Both the position numbers and the translations under genes were made by a program. Under the pieces are notes generated by a model. It did no database searches and was not told where the DNA came from. It saw nothing but the letters and a program-made list of their open reading frames with translations. A stretch of DNA of 64,000 nucleotides. Origin: a virus (Duplodnaviria > Caudoviricetes). Below are positions 26,240 to 36,552 of this stretch, one piece after another (position 1 is the stretch's first letter; every line of letters begins with the position of its first letter). The DNA lies in the IMG/VR virus record IMGVR_UViG_3300017761_003550, positions 1 through 64,000 of that record, one strand, 5' to 3'.

Positions 26240-27205
26240 ATGGTTGACTTTAAAACAATGAAGAAGAGCGCAAACAATTTTGATAAGCTGAGAAAAGAAC
26301 TCGCTGATCAAAACCAAGGCAAATCCAAAAAAGAAGGCGAAGAACGTTTCTGGTCCCCAACGGTTGATAAAGCCGGTAACGGGTTCGCGATCGTTCGTTT
26401 CCTCCCAGCACCCGGCGATGAGGATCTTCCTTTCGTCCGCATGTGGGACCATGGCTTTCAAGGCCCAGGTGGTTGGTACATCGAAAACTCTCTAACGACA
26501 ATCGGTAAGGAAGACCCTGTTTCTGAGTTCAACTCCGAACTCTGGAACCAGTCGACCGATGACAATTCTCCACAACGTAAGCAAGCCCGCACTCAAAAGC
26601 GTCGCCTGTCCTACACTTCCAACATCTATGTTGTGAAGGACTCTGCTAAGCCAGAGAACGAAGGCAAGGTGTTCCTCTACAAGTACGGTAAGAAAATCTT
26701 TGACAAGCTCAATGATGTGATGAACCCGCTGGAAGCAGAGGGTGAAGAAGCTATGAACCCGTTCGACCTCTGGACAGGTGCTAACTTCAAGATCAAGATC
26801 CGTCAGGTTGATGGCTATCGCAACTATGACAAGTCTGAATTTGATGATGCTGGTCCGCTGCTTGATGATGACAAAGAACTTGAAGCCATCTGGAAATCTG
26901 AGCACCCACTACAAGAGCTCATTGATCCTAAACACTTCAAGGGTTATGATGAACTCAAAAAGCGCCTAGAGAAAGTCCTTGGTCTGAAGACTGCCAAGGG
27001 TGGTATGGATGAAGATGTTGATGCGGCAGAGAGCCGTAAGACAGCTGAACCAAAGAAACAAAAAGAAGCACCCGCTCCGAAGCAGAAAGCTGCGAAAGCA
27101 GCCAAGCCTCCGGTTGAAGAGGATGACGAATCAGATGATGAGGATGATGAAGAAGGTGGCCTGGAGTATTTCTCTAAGCTCGCCAATGAAGTTGATGAAG
27201 ACTAG
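26240..27205 (+). CDS. 32: Single-stranded DNA-binding protein gp32
   Basis: RFW.PTVDKAGNGFAIVRFLP, HGFQGPGGWYIENSLTT, YGKKIFDK, NPFDLWTGANF, acidic C-terminal tail. Confidence 0.97.
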   Translation: MVDFKTMKKSANNFDKLRKELADQNQGKSKKEGEERFWSPTVDKAGNGFAIVRFLPAPGDEDLPFVRMWDHGFQGPGGWYIENSLTTIGKEDPVSEFNSELWNQSTDDNSPQRKQARTQKRRLSYTSNIYVVKDSAKPENEGKVFLYKYGKKIFDKLNDVMNPLEAEGEEAMNPFDLWTGANFKIKIRQVDGYRNYDKSEFDDAGPLLDDDKELEAIWKSEHPLQELIDPKHFKGYDELKKRLEKVLGLKTAKGGMDEDVDAAESRKTAEPKKQKEAPAPKQKAAKAAKPPVEEDDESDDEDDEEGGLEYFSKLANEVDED

Positions 27206-27209
27206 TCAC

Positions 27210-27437
27210 ATGAAGATGCTTAATTTGAGACAAAGTCCTGGTGTACATCATCGGAGTTTGATTTCAGAATTTCTTGTAGCAACACTAGATGGTACTGTTA
27301 CCGTCAACAAGAAAATCTGTACCAGGTGTAAACGTCTTTTACCTATCACCGCTTTCTATCGCGAGTCTAGGTCAAAAAGAAAACACACCAACTCAGTACG
27401 ATCTTGTTGTGTTGAATGTTGGAATAAAGCATACTAA
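27210..27437 (+). CDS. Small zinc-ribbon protein (KICTRCKR...CCVEC), possibly an endonuclease remnant
   Basis: CxxC...CxxC pattern of HNH/endonuclease VII-associated zinc fingers. Confidence 0.55.
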   Translation: MKMLNLRQSPGVHHRSLISEFLVATLDGTVTVNKKICTRCKRLLPITAFYRESRSKRKHTNSVRSCCVECWNKAY

Positions 27438-27441
27438 ATTG

Positions 27442-27472
27442 AAAAGGGGAGCTTCGCGGCTCCCCTTTTTTT
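27442..27472. terminator. Bidirectional rho-independent terminator between convergent blocks
   Basis: AAAAGGGGAGC-TTCGCG-GCTCCCCTTTTTTT. Confidence 0.9.
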
Positions 27473-27473
27473 A

Positions 27474-29042
27474 TTAAAAAAATTGTGTCATTCCTCTTAA
27501 CGATGATTCACCGTCAGGCGGCACAACCATCAGATATTCTGATTTTGGCATCTTTGCACCAACACCACCCTGGACAATTGTTGTGTTATTTTGTACAACA
27601 GGAAGTTCCTTACTTCCACCACCTTTTTCTTCTTTTGCTATCCCAGAAATCATGTTTGCCTTTGTTTCTGTGCCAGCAGAAGGAATTTCTCTGTTCGTAT
27701 TAGCTACCACATCTTTATTTTTCGCGCCCAGGGCGATCATGTTGGCTTTAGCTAGACCTAGAGCTGCGTATAGTTCTTGAGCACCAACTGACGCTCTATT
27801 GTTGGCAACATCATCATAATTACCACGACCCTTATCAGGGTTTACAACACCAGCCCAGATCTCAGAAGTACCAACAGCGGCTTTTCTTTTATCTCCGGCT
27901 TCAGCACCAGCGAACAAATAATTTGCAAGATCAGGTTTTTTGGTGATGAGCCCTCGTATCATTATTTCGTCTTGTAGATCATTAGTAAATTTCTCATTAC
28001 CTCTTAATTTAAGTTTATCCTTCATTTCAGCCAATGTTACAGGCTCAATCTGATATTTTCCAGCAGCCAAAAATTCTTTATTTTTCTGTTTTTCTAAAAT
28101 CTCGTCTATTGTCATTCCAGACAAATCCATTTGACCAGGTTTAAAAATTTGTTGAGTTTTGCCATCTTTATCTTTAAAGGTTTTTCCTGTATCAATGTTT
28201 ATTGAGTCGTAACCAGTTTCAGTATTGCTCGATTCGGCTTTGTGTATTAAATCAATAAGCGGCATCAACGCTTCTTTAAGAGCAGGATCAAGATATGGTC
28301 TTCCATTATCATCTAGTAGAGCACCTGAATCTGACCATATTGGTGATTCACTATAAGTTGTTGGTGCATTAACTTTGTTAGCATCACTTAAAAAGGCTCC
28401 ACCGTTGCCAAAGATACCCTTTAAAATGTCACCCTCAATATTTTCATACCAAGGTTTCTCACCCTTCTTTTTTTCTTCTTCTGAAAGATGCATGTAATCA
28501 ACAACATCAGCACCAAATTTATCAATACCCTTTCCGATGTTCTCAATATCTTTACCAAGATTAATTCCAAAATCATTTAATGCGTCAACCATGGATTTAA
28601 TGTTTGACCCAAACAACATCCCTAGTGATGCTATAGCTACCTCAAGTAAATCTGAACCAGTGTCCTTTGCTTTCTCCATGAAACCACCAGTTCCTGGTGG
28701 TTTTTCTGTTTTCTCTGCATCTTCTTCGCGCATATCTTTTGATGCTTGAGTATAAAAAGCGTTCATATTCTTTAGAGATTTGTCAATTGATTTTAACAAA
28801 GTAGTTGACGATTCACAACACTCAGATTTTTCTTTAGCAGACGCGTCTTCTAATATAGGTTTTTTAGATGGATTGATTATAGTTGCTGCACTTTTTTGCG
28901 TAGCATCTTTTCCTCTGTTAATTTTTATTGGTGAAAATAGTGTTCCACTTGGTGCCGTAGTTGCACCAGCTACTCTCGACACCATCGGTGAAGGTGGATT
29001 ATCCTCACGAAGAAATTCTAATGGTGTTCTACTGTTATTCAT
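27474..29042 (-). CDS. Putative tape-measure/baseplate hub (gp29-position) protein with lysozyme-like domain
   Basis: LIHKAES..GYD, MTIDEIL, AAGKYQI, KFTNDLQD, WAG muramidase-like motifs; follows gp26/gp51. Confidence 0.65.
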   Translation of the reverse strand: MNNSRTPLEFLREDNPPSPMVSRVAGATTAPSGTLFSPIKINRGKDATQKSAATIINPSKKPILEDASAKEKSECCESSTTLLKSIDKSLKNMNAFYTQASKDMREEDAEKTEKPPGTGGFMEKAKDTGSDLLEVAIASLGMLFGSNIKSMVDALNDFGINLGKDIENIGKGIDKFGADVVDYMHLSEEEKKKGEKPWYENIEGDILKGIFGNGGAFLSDANKVNAPTTYSESPIWSDSGALLDDNGRPYLDPALKEALMPLIDLIHKAESSNTETGYDSINIDTGKTFKDKDGKTQQIFKPGQMDLSGMTIDEILEKQKNKEFLAAGKYQIEPVTLAEMKDKLKLRGNEKFTNDLQDEIMIRGLITKKPDLANYLFAGAEAGDKRKAAVGTSEIWAGVVNPDKGRGNYDDVANNRASVGAQELYAALGLAKANMIALGAKNKDVVANTNREIPSAGTETKANMISGIAKEEKGGGSKELPVVQNNTTIVQGGVGAKMPKSEYLMVVPPDGESSLRGMTQFF

Positions 29043-29223
29043 TTATTTTCTAAAGCCTTTTTTTTGTCTTCTAAGAATTCTAGTAGCATATCCACATATA
29101 AATCGCGTTCGAACGGATACATGTTTTCAAGATCAATAACCGAATATTTGTGGTGGGTTACTAATCCGAATATCAGTTTGTAGTAATTCACTAAACTCGT
29201 ATGACTTAGACCAGCGTAAAAAA
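29039..29223 (-). CDS. 51: gp51-like hub assembly segment, probably reached by -1 frameshift from gp26
   Basis: LSHTSLVNYYKLIFGLVTHHKYSVIDLENMYPFERDLYVDMLL; no ATG before the conserved region; T7 run at 29218-29224. Confidence 0.75.
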
Positions 29224-29916
29224 ATCTTCTAACGTATCGAGAACGATGCGTCGCTCACTTCCTTTTGAGTTTGTATATTCAATGACATGCTCAAGTTTAG
29301 GCGTATTCGCAAAGAAATCCTTAATCTTTTCCAGCGTTTTGGATGACATACTATCAATGAACTCATCAAGACTTGCTTCTTCAATTTCAGCAGCAGGATA
29401 AACTGTCTCTTCTATAACAACCTCAGTTAGACAGTTTTTGATGTAGAACATCAGCATATCTGACTCGTTCTTAAACTCTCCAATCTTATCAATCGTATCA
29501 CCATCACAGTGTCTCATAACCATAGTGGTTTTGTCGTTTATTTTAATTTTGTTGCTAACTTTCTTTTTTGGTTTAACGATTTTGATGTCTTCAATGTTTA
29601 CACTGAACTTGTACTCTTTACCATCCTCATTATCTCTGTATGCCAATTCAATAATATTGTTTACAGAGATGGCGCGCAGCTGAAGAAAGATATACTCGAT
29701 GTCAACGATCTGTAAACTATCGACATCGATCACATCTATAGCGCAGTTGTTCACAACCTGTTTGATAGATTTTAGAGCTTCTTTTTTACTCTTAGTTTCT
29801 CTAGCCATTAGAAGAATCTTTTCTTCTTTAACCAGAAACGGCCTGAAGTTGATAATTTTTCCTGTCGTCGGAACAGCTATCTCGCTGGTTGGGTGTTCAA
29901 TTTTAGGAAGTTTCAT
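29206..29916 (-). CDS. 26: Baseplate hub subunit gp26
   Basis: MKLPKI.HP, FRPFLVKEEKILL, DIEYIFLQLRAISV, PKLEH, LEDFF. Confidence 0.92.
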   Translation of the reverse strand: MKLPKIEHPTSEIAVPTTGKIINFRPFLVKEEKILLMARETKSKKEALKSIKQVVNNCAIDVIDVDSLQIVDIEYIFLQLRAISVNNIIELAYRDNEDGKEYKFSVNIEDIKIVKPKKKVSNKIKINDKTTMVMRHCDGDTIDKIGEFKNESDMLMFYIKNCLTEVVIEETVYPAAEIEEASLDEFIDSMSSKTLEKIKDFFANTPKLEHVIEYTNSKGSERRIVLDTLEDFFTLV

Positions 29917-29925
29917 ATTGTGTCC

Positions 29926-30834
29926 TTACTTGAATATCTTGTCAAATGTCTTGTTGATGTAACGCTCAGCGCCGCTGTATATTTCGCCTTGTACCAGTTT
30001 TCCTGTTTGATCCAGAATACTGTTTATTAAACTTGGTCTTTTGTTTTGGTTTATCGAATCATCATATACTTCTGACGAACCTTTTGGTGAAGAAGGATCA
30101 CCTTCAGCATGATTGACAAATTGCATTGACATGTGAGAAAATTGCATTACCACTTTCATATTGATAATTTGATTTTGTGATCCCCAATCAAGATCAATAT
30201 CAGATGTTGTTAATGGGAAACAGTCATACAGTTTTATTCCGAATGACATGGCGTTAGAATGATCATAAACCCAAACTCTAATTATCTTTGACATAAAATC
30301 ATCGCTGTATCTCAACAGGTATGGTTTAGTAGAGTAGTCTAGCGAAGGACTTGACACGCCAAAATCTGTGTCGTGATATACAATGCTGTTTGCCCAATCA
30401 TTAAAAAAATTGAGAACTCTGGCGTTTTTATCAACAATAAAACTCAATGTGATTGGGTTGAATGTTGGAAGATATGGTCGTTTCTCGATTTGACCGAATC
30501 CGTAACGTCTAATGTTATCGTTTGTGAAGAAATTGACACCTGGTATTGTGACAGCATCGCATCTAAGTGTAATGAAGTTGTCGTTATCAACAGTATTTCT
30601 TCTAGTATTTTCTATATACGGGTCAAGCTTTTTCACGTTCTTCGGCATCGACATTATCATGACAAATCTGTTGTTTTGGAGCACACCGTTTAGTTTAATC
30701 TCTGATCTAAATTCAGAAATATCAAATCTACCTTTTGGCTTACTGGGCGCTGTCACAATGACTTCGCTCTCTTCGGCTGCTTGCAAGGCAATCTTGCCAA
30801 TATCAGCGTTGATGATACTTGGAGTATAAGCCAT
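29926..30834 (-). CDS. 54: Baseplate tail-tube initiator gp54-like
   Basis: NRF, LRCDAVTIPG, ITLSFIVD, KLYDCFP...L.W tube-fold motifs. Confidence 0.75.
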   Translation of the reverse strand: MAYTPSIINADIGKIALQAAEESEVIVTAPSKPKGRFDISEFRSEIKLNGVLQNNRFVMIMSMPKNVKKLDPYIENTRRNTVDNDNFITLRCDAVTIPGVNFFTNDNIRRYGFGQIEKRPYLPTFNPITLSFIVDKNARVLNFFNDWANSIVYHDTDFGVSSPSLDYSTKPYLLRYSDDFMSKIIRVWVYDHSNAMSFGIKLYDCFPLTTSDIDLDWGSQNQIINMKVVMQFSHMSMQFVNHAEGDPSSPKGSSEVYDDSINQNKRPSLINSILDQTGKLVQGEIYSGAERYINKTFDKIFK

Positions 30835-30835
30835 C

Positions 30836-31432
30836 TTATTTTCTTACTTTCTTTTTGCTGTCGAACCAAACAACCTGTTTTGATTCCTTTTTGAAGCGTT
30901 CAGTTGGAAGAAACAGAGCGATATCCCATTCTTTTGGTGCTATGTACATAAATTTTGAACGTACGTGACTTGATAGATATCTTTTAACACAAGGACTAAA
31001 GAATTTCAGTTTCGCAGCCGTTTTTAGCAATTGGTAGTTCATGGCAAGTTGAGTTGTTTCGTTGTATTTCTCGTTGTTGGCATATTCATATAATCCATCC
31101 ATCAGTTTAGCTCTAAGCTGTGGTGGAAGATAATGCATATTCAATCCAAGAAACCCACCTTCAGCTTTTTCAAAAGGAAACACCAACGGGAACGTATCAT
31201 AGTACGGGAGATCCTCAGCAGTTTTCGGATCATAAAAAAACATATACATACTACCCAGAATCGGCTGTGTCGTCAAACGTGTTTTGTCGCCTTCTAGAAA
31301 ACTACGTTCGTTTAGATTGCTTATCTTTTTTGCGGTGTTTCTATACCACTCACGAGCAGATTGTGTCTTGGCAGGAGCTTGTCCAGCTCTCATACCCTTT
31401 TTAATAATGCTATCAAAAAGTGTTGCGACCAT
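30836..31432 (-). CDS. 2: DNA end protector gp2
   Basis: GSMYMFFYDPK, LPYYDTFPL, GFLGLNMHYLP, CVKRYL. Confidence 0.93.
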   Translation of the reverse strand: MVATLFDSIIKKGMRAGQAPAKTQSAREWYRNTAKKISNLNERSFLEGDKTRLTTQPILGSMYMFFYDPKTAEDLPYYDTFPLVFPFEKAEGGFLGLNMHYLPPQLRAKLMDGLYEYANNEKYNETTQLAMNYQLLKTAAKLKFFSPCVKRYLSSHVRSKFMYIAPKEWDIALFLPTERFKKESKQVVWFDSKKKVRK

Positions 31433-31467
31433 GTTTGTTCCTCATTTACTCTTTATTTATATGAGAA

Positions 31468-31920
31468 TTAGAACTTGATGCCTAGGTCTTTGGCGCCCAT
31501 CTTTACAAACATCCATCCCCTTTCGGCACAATATCGTTCAGCTGCAGCCCATTTGGCGCTGTTGATGCCCCATGTATATACTTCTTTGATGTATTGTTTA
31601 GAAGGCCGACCACCCTTAGTGGTACGTGGTTTAGGCTCAACCATCTGAGCTTCTGGTTTCACCTCAATAAGCACCTCTTCAATAGCACCACCTGGGGTGC
31701 GTTTCATAACATAAAAATCAGGAAAATATCGATGTTTGCGATTGTCTATTGGTGATATGTATGGAATGATTATTTCTTCAGAACTCCATTTTATGATGTT
31801 TGGTTGTGTGTCTAGATACATCATAAGTTTAAGTTCCCAACCACTGCGATAAATTATGTTAGTTGGATCACCTTTGTATTTGGATGGATTTTTGGGTTGG
31901 AATTTACCTTTGTACGCCAC
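31468..31920 (-). CDS. 4: Head completion nuclease gp4
   Basis: AYKGKF.PKNP.KYKGDPTNI.YRS.WE, WSSEE, RYFPDF, IEVKP. Confidence 0.95.
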   Translation of the reverse strand: MAYKGKFQPKNPSKYKGDPTNIIYRSGWELKLMMYLDTQPNIIKWSSEEIIIPYISPIDNRKHRYFPDFYVMKRTPGGAIEEVLIEVKPEAQMVEPKPRTTKGGRPSKQYIKEVYTWGINSAKWAAAERYCAERGWMFVKMGAKDLGIKF

Positions 31921-31950
31921 TGTCGGTATACCTTTCACGATTCAATAGTG

Positions 31951-31977
31951 TATTTATCATTTTTATGCGTATAAATA
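31951..31977. promoter_or_regulatory. Divergent T4-type late promoters
   Basis: GATAAATA on - (31951-31958) and TATAAATA on + (31970-31977). Confidence 0.85.
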
Positions 31978-32006
31978 GTCCGTTGTTTCTAACATAGAGA
32001 TGTTCG

Positions 32007-33587
32007 ATGTCCGTAAACGAAAACCTATTCAAAAACATTACAAACCCAATCGAGAAGCTTGTTAAAGAAAGCGGAAGTAGATTGGTTGATAGTGTTGAAA
32101 ATTCTGTTGTTGGTAGTTTATCAGCAGCACTACAACGTGTTGGGCTTGGTGATGGTTCTAATAAAAACGTCCTAGGTAATTTAGGCGAGCAAGTATTAGC
32201 TGGGATCGCTGGTGAGATTTTCGGTGCCATTGGTCGAGAGATTAACTTATCAAGCAAATCAGACATTGAGAATTTGCGTGGTGTTATTGCGGACACTAGC
32301 GAAAATTTGGCATCTATGGATTCCAGTTTTCAACAAAGTGATGATATACTGTTTTTCCCAACGGACCTAAACGAATTTTATGTACAGTTCGATTTTAAAA
32401 AATACAAACGACCCGCCCCAAATGTCCCAGCGACTGCTCTTACTGAGTGGCAGTTGGCTCTTCCTCTACCAAGGGAGTTGGTTGATAGACACAATGTGCA
32501 ATACAACGATAAAGCCGAATTAGGTTTTTTTGGAGTTGTTGCTAATGGTGGGCAGAATCCAGCTGATAACACGTTTGATACTGCAACAGCAGCAGCATAT
32601 GGTGGGCGACTTTTAATTAAAAGACTGACTGAACACAGCGGTAATGTCATGGGATTACTTTCACAAAGCTTTGGTGCTTCTTTAAACCCACACCTTTCCG
32701 TTATGTTTGAGGCTCCTACATTACGCACACATAGAATGCAGTGGTTGTTTGCTCCAAACAACGAGGAAGAAAGCGAAAAAATTAGACAAATCGCTAAAAG
32801 GCTGCGTGGTGCTGCATTGCCATCATTTATTAGAGATTCGGCTGGCAATGCGAATTTCAACATCTTGGATTATCCTATGATGTGCGCCATTACACTTTAT
32901 CCTTGGGGCGATGATTCTAAATTCAGTGGAGCAGCTGGCGCTAATGATAAACATTACGATGGGAGTATGTTTACATACAAACATTGTGTTATCAATCAAG
33001 TGGCATTGAATTATGCACCCGATGCTATTGCATTTTTTAGTGATGATAAGAGAAGCCCCGCATTTGTTTCTCTTGAGATTTCCTTTCTCGAAATTGAATA
33101 CTACACAGGAGATAATTTCGGAAGAAAGGGTGGTGAGAAAAAAGCAGAAGATTTAGCAAGAGAATTATCAGTAAGCGTGGGCGTTGCCACAGGAATAGAC
33201 GGCAACGATTTAAAAGCAGATGAACAGGTTAAAGTTCTTGGTGAAAATTTAAAATCTTACATCGACGATGGCGGCACAATTGGCAACACATCAGCCCAAA
33301 ACGAAAACATTGATAACAGCAGTCTAACTGATGTTCCCGTAACAACTAGAATCAACAATCCCAACAATCCTCAACAAATTTTGGTTAAGAGCACCCAAGG
33401 TGGTTGGTATGAAATAACGATGGGAGACAGTGGTAATACAGTTAGAATTGTTGAAAAGCTTAACGATCAAGTGTTTACTACTTACTCAGTTGATGGTGCA
33501 ACCACAACAATGGGTACAGCAATGACAGATGAAACGTTCGTATTAAATACTGGGGCCGATGGTCTCATAACCTGGGATAAACCGTAA
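32007..33587 (+). CDS. 48: Baseplate tail-tube cap gp48
   Basis: LPLP, NPHLSVMFE.PTLRTH, FAP.N.EE, YP, CVI.QV.LNY, LSFLEIE-like motifs; N- and C-terminal extensions. Confidence 0.85.
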   Translation: MSVNENLFKNITNPIEKLVKESGSRLVDSVENSVVGSLSAALQRVGLGDGSNKNVLGNLGEQVLAGIAGEIFGAIGREINLSSKSDIENLRGVIADTSENLASMDSSFQQSDDILFFPTDLNEFYVQFDFKKYKRPAPNVPATALTEWQLALPLPRELVDRHNVQYNDKAELGFFGVVANGGQNPADNTFDTATAAAYGGRLLIKRLTEHSGNVMGLLSQSFGASLNPHLSVMFEAPTLRTHRMQWLFAPNNEEESEKIRQIAKRLRGAALPSFIRDSAGNANFNILDYPMMCAITLYPWGDDSKFSGAAGANDKHYDGSMFTYKHCVINQVALNYAPDAIAFFSDDKRSPAFVSLEISFLEIEYYTGDNFGRKGGEKKAEDLARELSVSVGVATGIDGNDLKADEQVKVLGENLKSYIDDGGTIGNTSAQNENIDNSSLTDVPVTTRINNPNNPQQILVKSTQGGWYEITMGDSGNTVRIVEKLNDQVFTTYSVDGATTTMGTAMTDETFVLNTGADGLITWDKP

Positions 33588-34459
33588 TGTTATTTTCACG
33601 TTTTCCAGTTGTAAATTACAACGGCACTCCGGTACGCAACATTATGGCTAGGTTCGCGTTTGATGAAAACACAAAAAACAACCCATCAAATTTTATGCAA
33701 TTAAAAATTTCAGATGATGGTTCTCCGAGAACAGATGTCATCTCTGATAGATACTATGGTAATCCTAATAACGATTGGTTGGTGCATCTAAGCAACGGTG
33801 TCGTAGACCCATATAATGACGTTTTAAAATCTGAAGAAAATTTTAGAAAACACATCACAAAAAAATATGGATCTATCCAGTTTGCTCGCGAGAAAATCCT
33901 GTTCTACATAAACAACTGGGCGAATAACACAGAAGAAGAGATTACTGTTACTCAGTACGCAAATGCATCACAAGTTGTTAAGAAATTTTACACCGCTAGA
34001 ACAAACGTGCACAACCAAGTGGTTTCATACAGAAGACACCAACAAGATTGGATAAAATCCACCAATAAATTGCGTATATTGACGCTTGATTCAGTCAGAT
34101 ATCTTTTTGTTGGTTCTGTTATTGTTCAGTATGTCTCTGGAGAAATTGTTGCTAAAGGTGAGATTGTTGATGTAAATGGGGATGATAACAAAATCACCGT
34201 ACAACACATAACAGGCACCTTTGTCTCAACAACAAACACTGTAAAAAGATACAACACATCATCTACCTATGTAGTATCAGCTGTTAATAATCCATTCGTC
34301 GTCGATAACATTACCGATGAAGAGGCTAGTTACTGGACAAGCATGACAGCATATGATTTTGAGGAAGAATTAAACGAATCTAGACGTAATATACTGTTAT
34401 TACGATCTTCACTTCGAAGTGTCGCGGAGGATCAGATAACGAATCTGATGAGAGGATAA
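33587..34459 (+). CDS. 53: Baseplate wedge gp53
   Basis: FSRFP...Y, RTDVISDRYYG...DWLV...N...DP, YDFEEELNE.RRNI. Confidence 0.9.
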   Translation: MLFSRFPVVNYNGTPVRNIMARFAFDENTKNNPSNFMQLKISDDGSPRTDVISDRYYGNPNNDWLVHLSNGVVDPYNDVLKSEENFRKHITKKYGSIQFAREKILFYINNWANNTEEEITVTQYANASQVVKKFYTARTNVHNQVVSYRRHQQDWIKSTNKLRILTLDSVRYLFVGSVIVQYVSGEIVAKGEIVDVNGDDNKITVQHITGTFVSTTNTVKRYNTSSTYVVSAVNNPFVVDNITDEEASYWTSMTAYDFEEELNESRRNILLLRSSLRSVAEDQITNLMRG

Positions 34460-35688
34460 TGGATTCAGGTGAGATTGGTATAAGAAAATTCGAACTTGAA
34501 CATTTTGGTGATAAAACAGATCTCACACCGTTTGTTGTTGAGATGCACATTTTTGAATCAATATACGATCCGTATATTCAAGCGACTATGTCTATCATTG
34601 ACGGTGCTGGATTAATTGACCGTATTAGTTGGGCTGGGTCTACAGTAACAATAACATACACATCAAACGAGAATGTTGAGCCAACTACTATGGTCTTCAT
34701 CGTGGATGGAGCAGCTGGTGCTACACCAAGTATGGGTGATAAAAATCAAACATATCTTGTTCGTCTTTATAGCCAGGAAATACCGCGTGGTCTCGCTATT
34801 ACTACTGGTGAGATCTTTAATAAGATGGCTCCTGAAAAGATGATCCAGCAAATTTTAACAGACAAAATCAAAACAAAGAAACCGTTCGCATCAGATAAGA
34901 CTGGTTCTCTTGATACAATCAATTGCGCCAACCTTAGACCGTTTCAGGCTATTGATAAGATTAAACGACGTGCTGTTTCAAGAAACAAAATATCATCATC
35001 ATTTTTATTCTTTGAGAACAAGCATGGCTATAATTTCAAATCACTAGAGATGCTACTTTCTGATGCTAGAAAAAATCCTCAAGTGAAAGATGGAGATCGC
35101 AATTTCTATCTCGATTCAATTCAACACATAAATGTTGAGAACTCTTCTTGGCGCCAAATCTTAAGTTTCGAACGCACCAAATCACAGGGATTAATGGAAA
35201 CTATTGGTCAAGGTGGTGTGTCTGGTAAAATATATGCGTATGATGTTGGAACAGGAAAACATTATGAGTTCAAATATGAAGACAACAAAAACAGTTCCGA
35301 GTTTGACATCAACCCAGAATCAATAACATACAAGCGTGTTACTATAGACGATATTATGAAGAAGGGTGACGATCCAGCCAATATGATAGTCGCACCAATC
35401 ACAAGTACAGATGATCTTGAAAGAATAAGAAAAGAAATTTATGTGCGGGCTTTTATGTCTAAGATGGCCGCTAACATAGTGAGAATGCAGATTCATGGAG
35501 ATTCTAGATTAACTGTTGGTACTCCTGTTACGCTGAATCTTCCTATTATTGATGGAACAACAACAAAAAAGACAAACAAAATTGGTGGTGGTATCTATCT
35601 CATATCAAAGTTGAGACATATGATAACACCATCCAACCAATCATACGAACAGTCTTGTGAACTGATTAGAACAGGGATGCTTGAGTAA
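34459..35688 (+). CDS. Baseplate hub gp27-like
   Basis: IFESI, FLFFEN..GYNFKSLE, HGDSRL.VG, GGIYLI..LRH; position between gp53 and gp5. Confidence 0.7.
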   Translation: MDSGEIGIRKFELEHFGDKTDLTPFVVEMHIFESIYDPYIQATMSIIDGAGLIDRISWAGSTVTITYTSNENVEPTTMVFIVDGAAGATPSMGDKNQTYLVRLYSQEIPRGLAITTGEIFNKMAPEKMIQQILTDKIKTKKPFASDKTGSLDTINCANLRPFQAIDKIKRRAVSRNKISSSFLFFENKHGYNFKSLEMLLSDARKNPQVKDGDRNFYLDSIQHINVENSSWRQILSFERTKSQGLMETIGQGGVSGKIYAYDVGTGKHYEFKYEDNKNSSEFDINPESITYKRVTIDDIMKKGDDPANMIVAPITSTDDLERIRKEIYVRAFMSKMAANIVRMQIHGDSRLTVGTPVTLNLPIIDGTTTKKTNKIGGGIYLISKLRHMITPSNQSYEQSCELIRTGMLE

Positions 35689-36551
35689 TGATCATTGATC
35701 GGTTTGTTGGTTTTATTGCTAATGTCGTTGACATTAAAGGCGATGGTGTAAATTATGGCAAAGTAAAAATTCGTATTTTGGGAGACCAAGGAGAAAACGT
35801 TATTGCTGATTCAGAACTGTTGTGGGCACTAATCATGATGCCAACTACATCAGCAGCTGAAATGGGTATCGGAACAACACCAAACTGGCTGGTAGTTGGT
35901 TCTACTGTAGTTGGTTATTTCCTGGATGGTAAGTATCGCAACATTCCAATGATTGTTGGAACTCTTAATCAAAATAAAGAAAATGGTCACAGCATCACCA
36001 AACTGGCTAGTGGTGATGCTATACCACGTAATTACAATGATTTTGAGAAAGAACTTGGTGTTGAAGGTGCTCGCAGACCAAACTACAACGATAACAAAAT
36101 CATTACAACAGCAGCTAAAGAAACACCAGAAACAATCAATCATATCATTGAGCTTGATGATACACAGCAAGCCGAAAGAATTCTTGTTAAACATAAAAAT
36201 GGATCTTATGTAGAGTTTCTTCCTAATGGCACAGTTATGGTGAAAGGAGCAGAGGCATTTGCCGCTGTTTCTAATCAAGTTAAGCTCCGTGCTATTATTG
36301 GTATGCTTCTGAAATCGGATGCTGATGCTGACATCACAGCTGATAAAAACATCACCATTACCGCAGAAGAAAACATCACCATTAAAGGAAAAACTATTAC
36401 ACTTGAAGCAGACACTATAAATATGTCTGGTAACACTGTATTTAATGGCGATGTGAGCATAGTTGGTAATGCGGTATCAATTACCTCTTCAACAGTAAAG
36501 GTGGTTGGAGCTATGACACTTAATGGTCGCCCAGTAGCAACAGTAGGATAA
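35688..36551 (+). CDS. 5: Central spike gp5 (OB fold + beta-helix, no lysozyme domain)
   Basis: GKVKIRILG, LLWA, V.GYFLDG...P.IVG, ELDDT...ER, HKNGSYVE. Confidence 0.88.
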   Translation: MIIDRFVGFIANVVDIKGDGVNYGKVKIRILGDQGENVIADSELLWALIMMPTTSAAEMGIGTTPNWLVVGSTVVGYFLDGKYRNIPMIVGTLNQNKENGHSITKLASGDAIPRNYNDFEKELGVEGARRPNYNDNKIITTAAKETPETINHIIELDDTQQAERILVKHKNGSYVEFLPNGTVMVKGAEAFAAVSNQVKLRAIIGMLLKSDADADITADKNITITAEENITIKGKTITLEADTINMSGNTVFNGDVSIVGNAVSITSSTVKVVGAMTLNGRPVATVG

Positions 36552-36552
36552 C

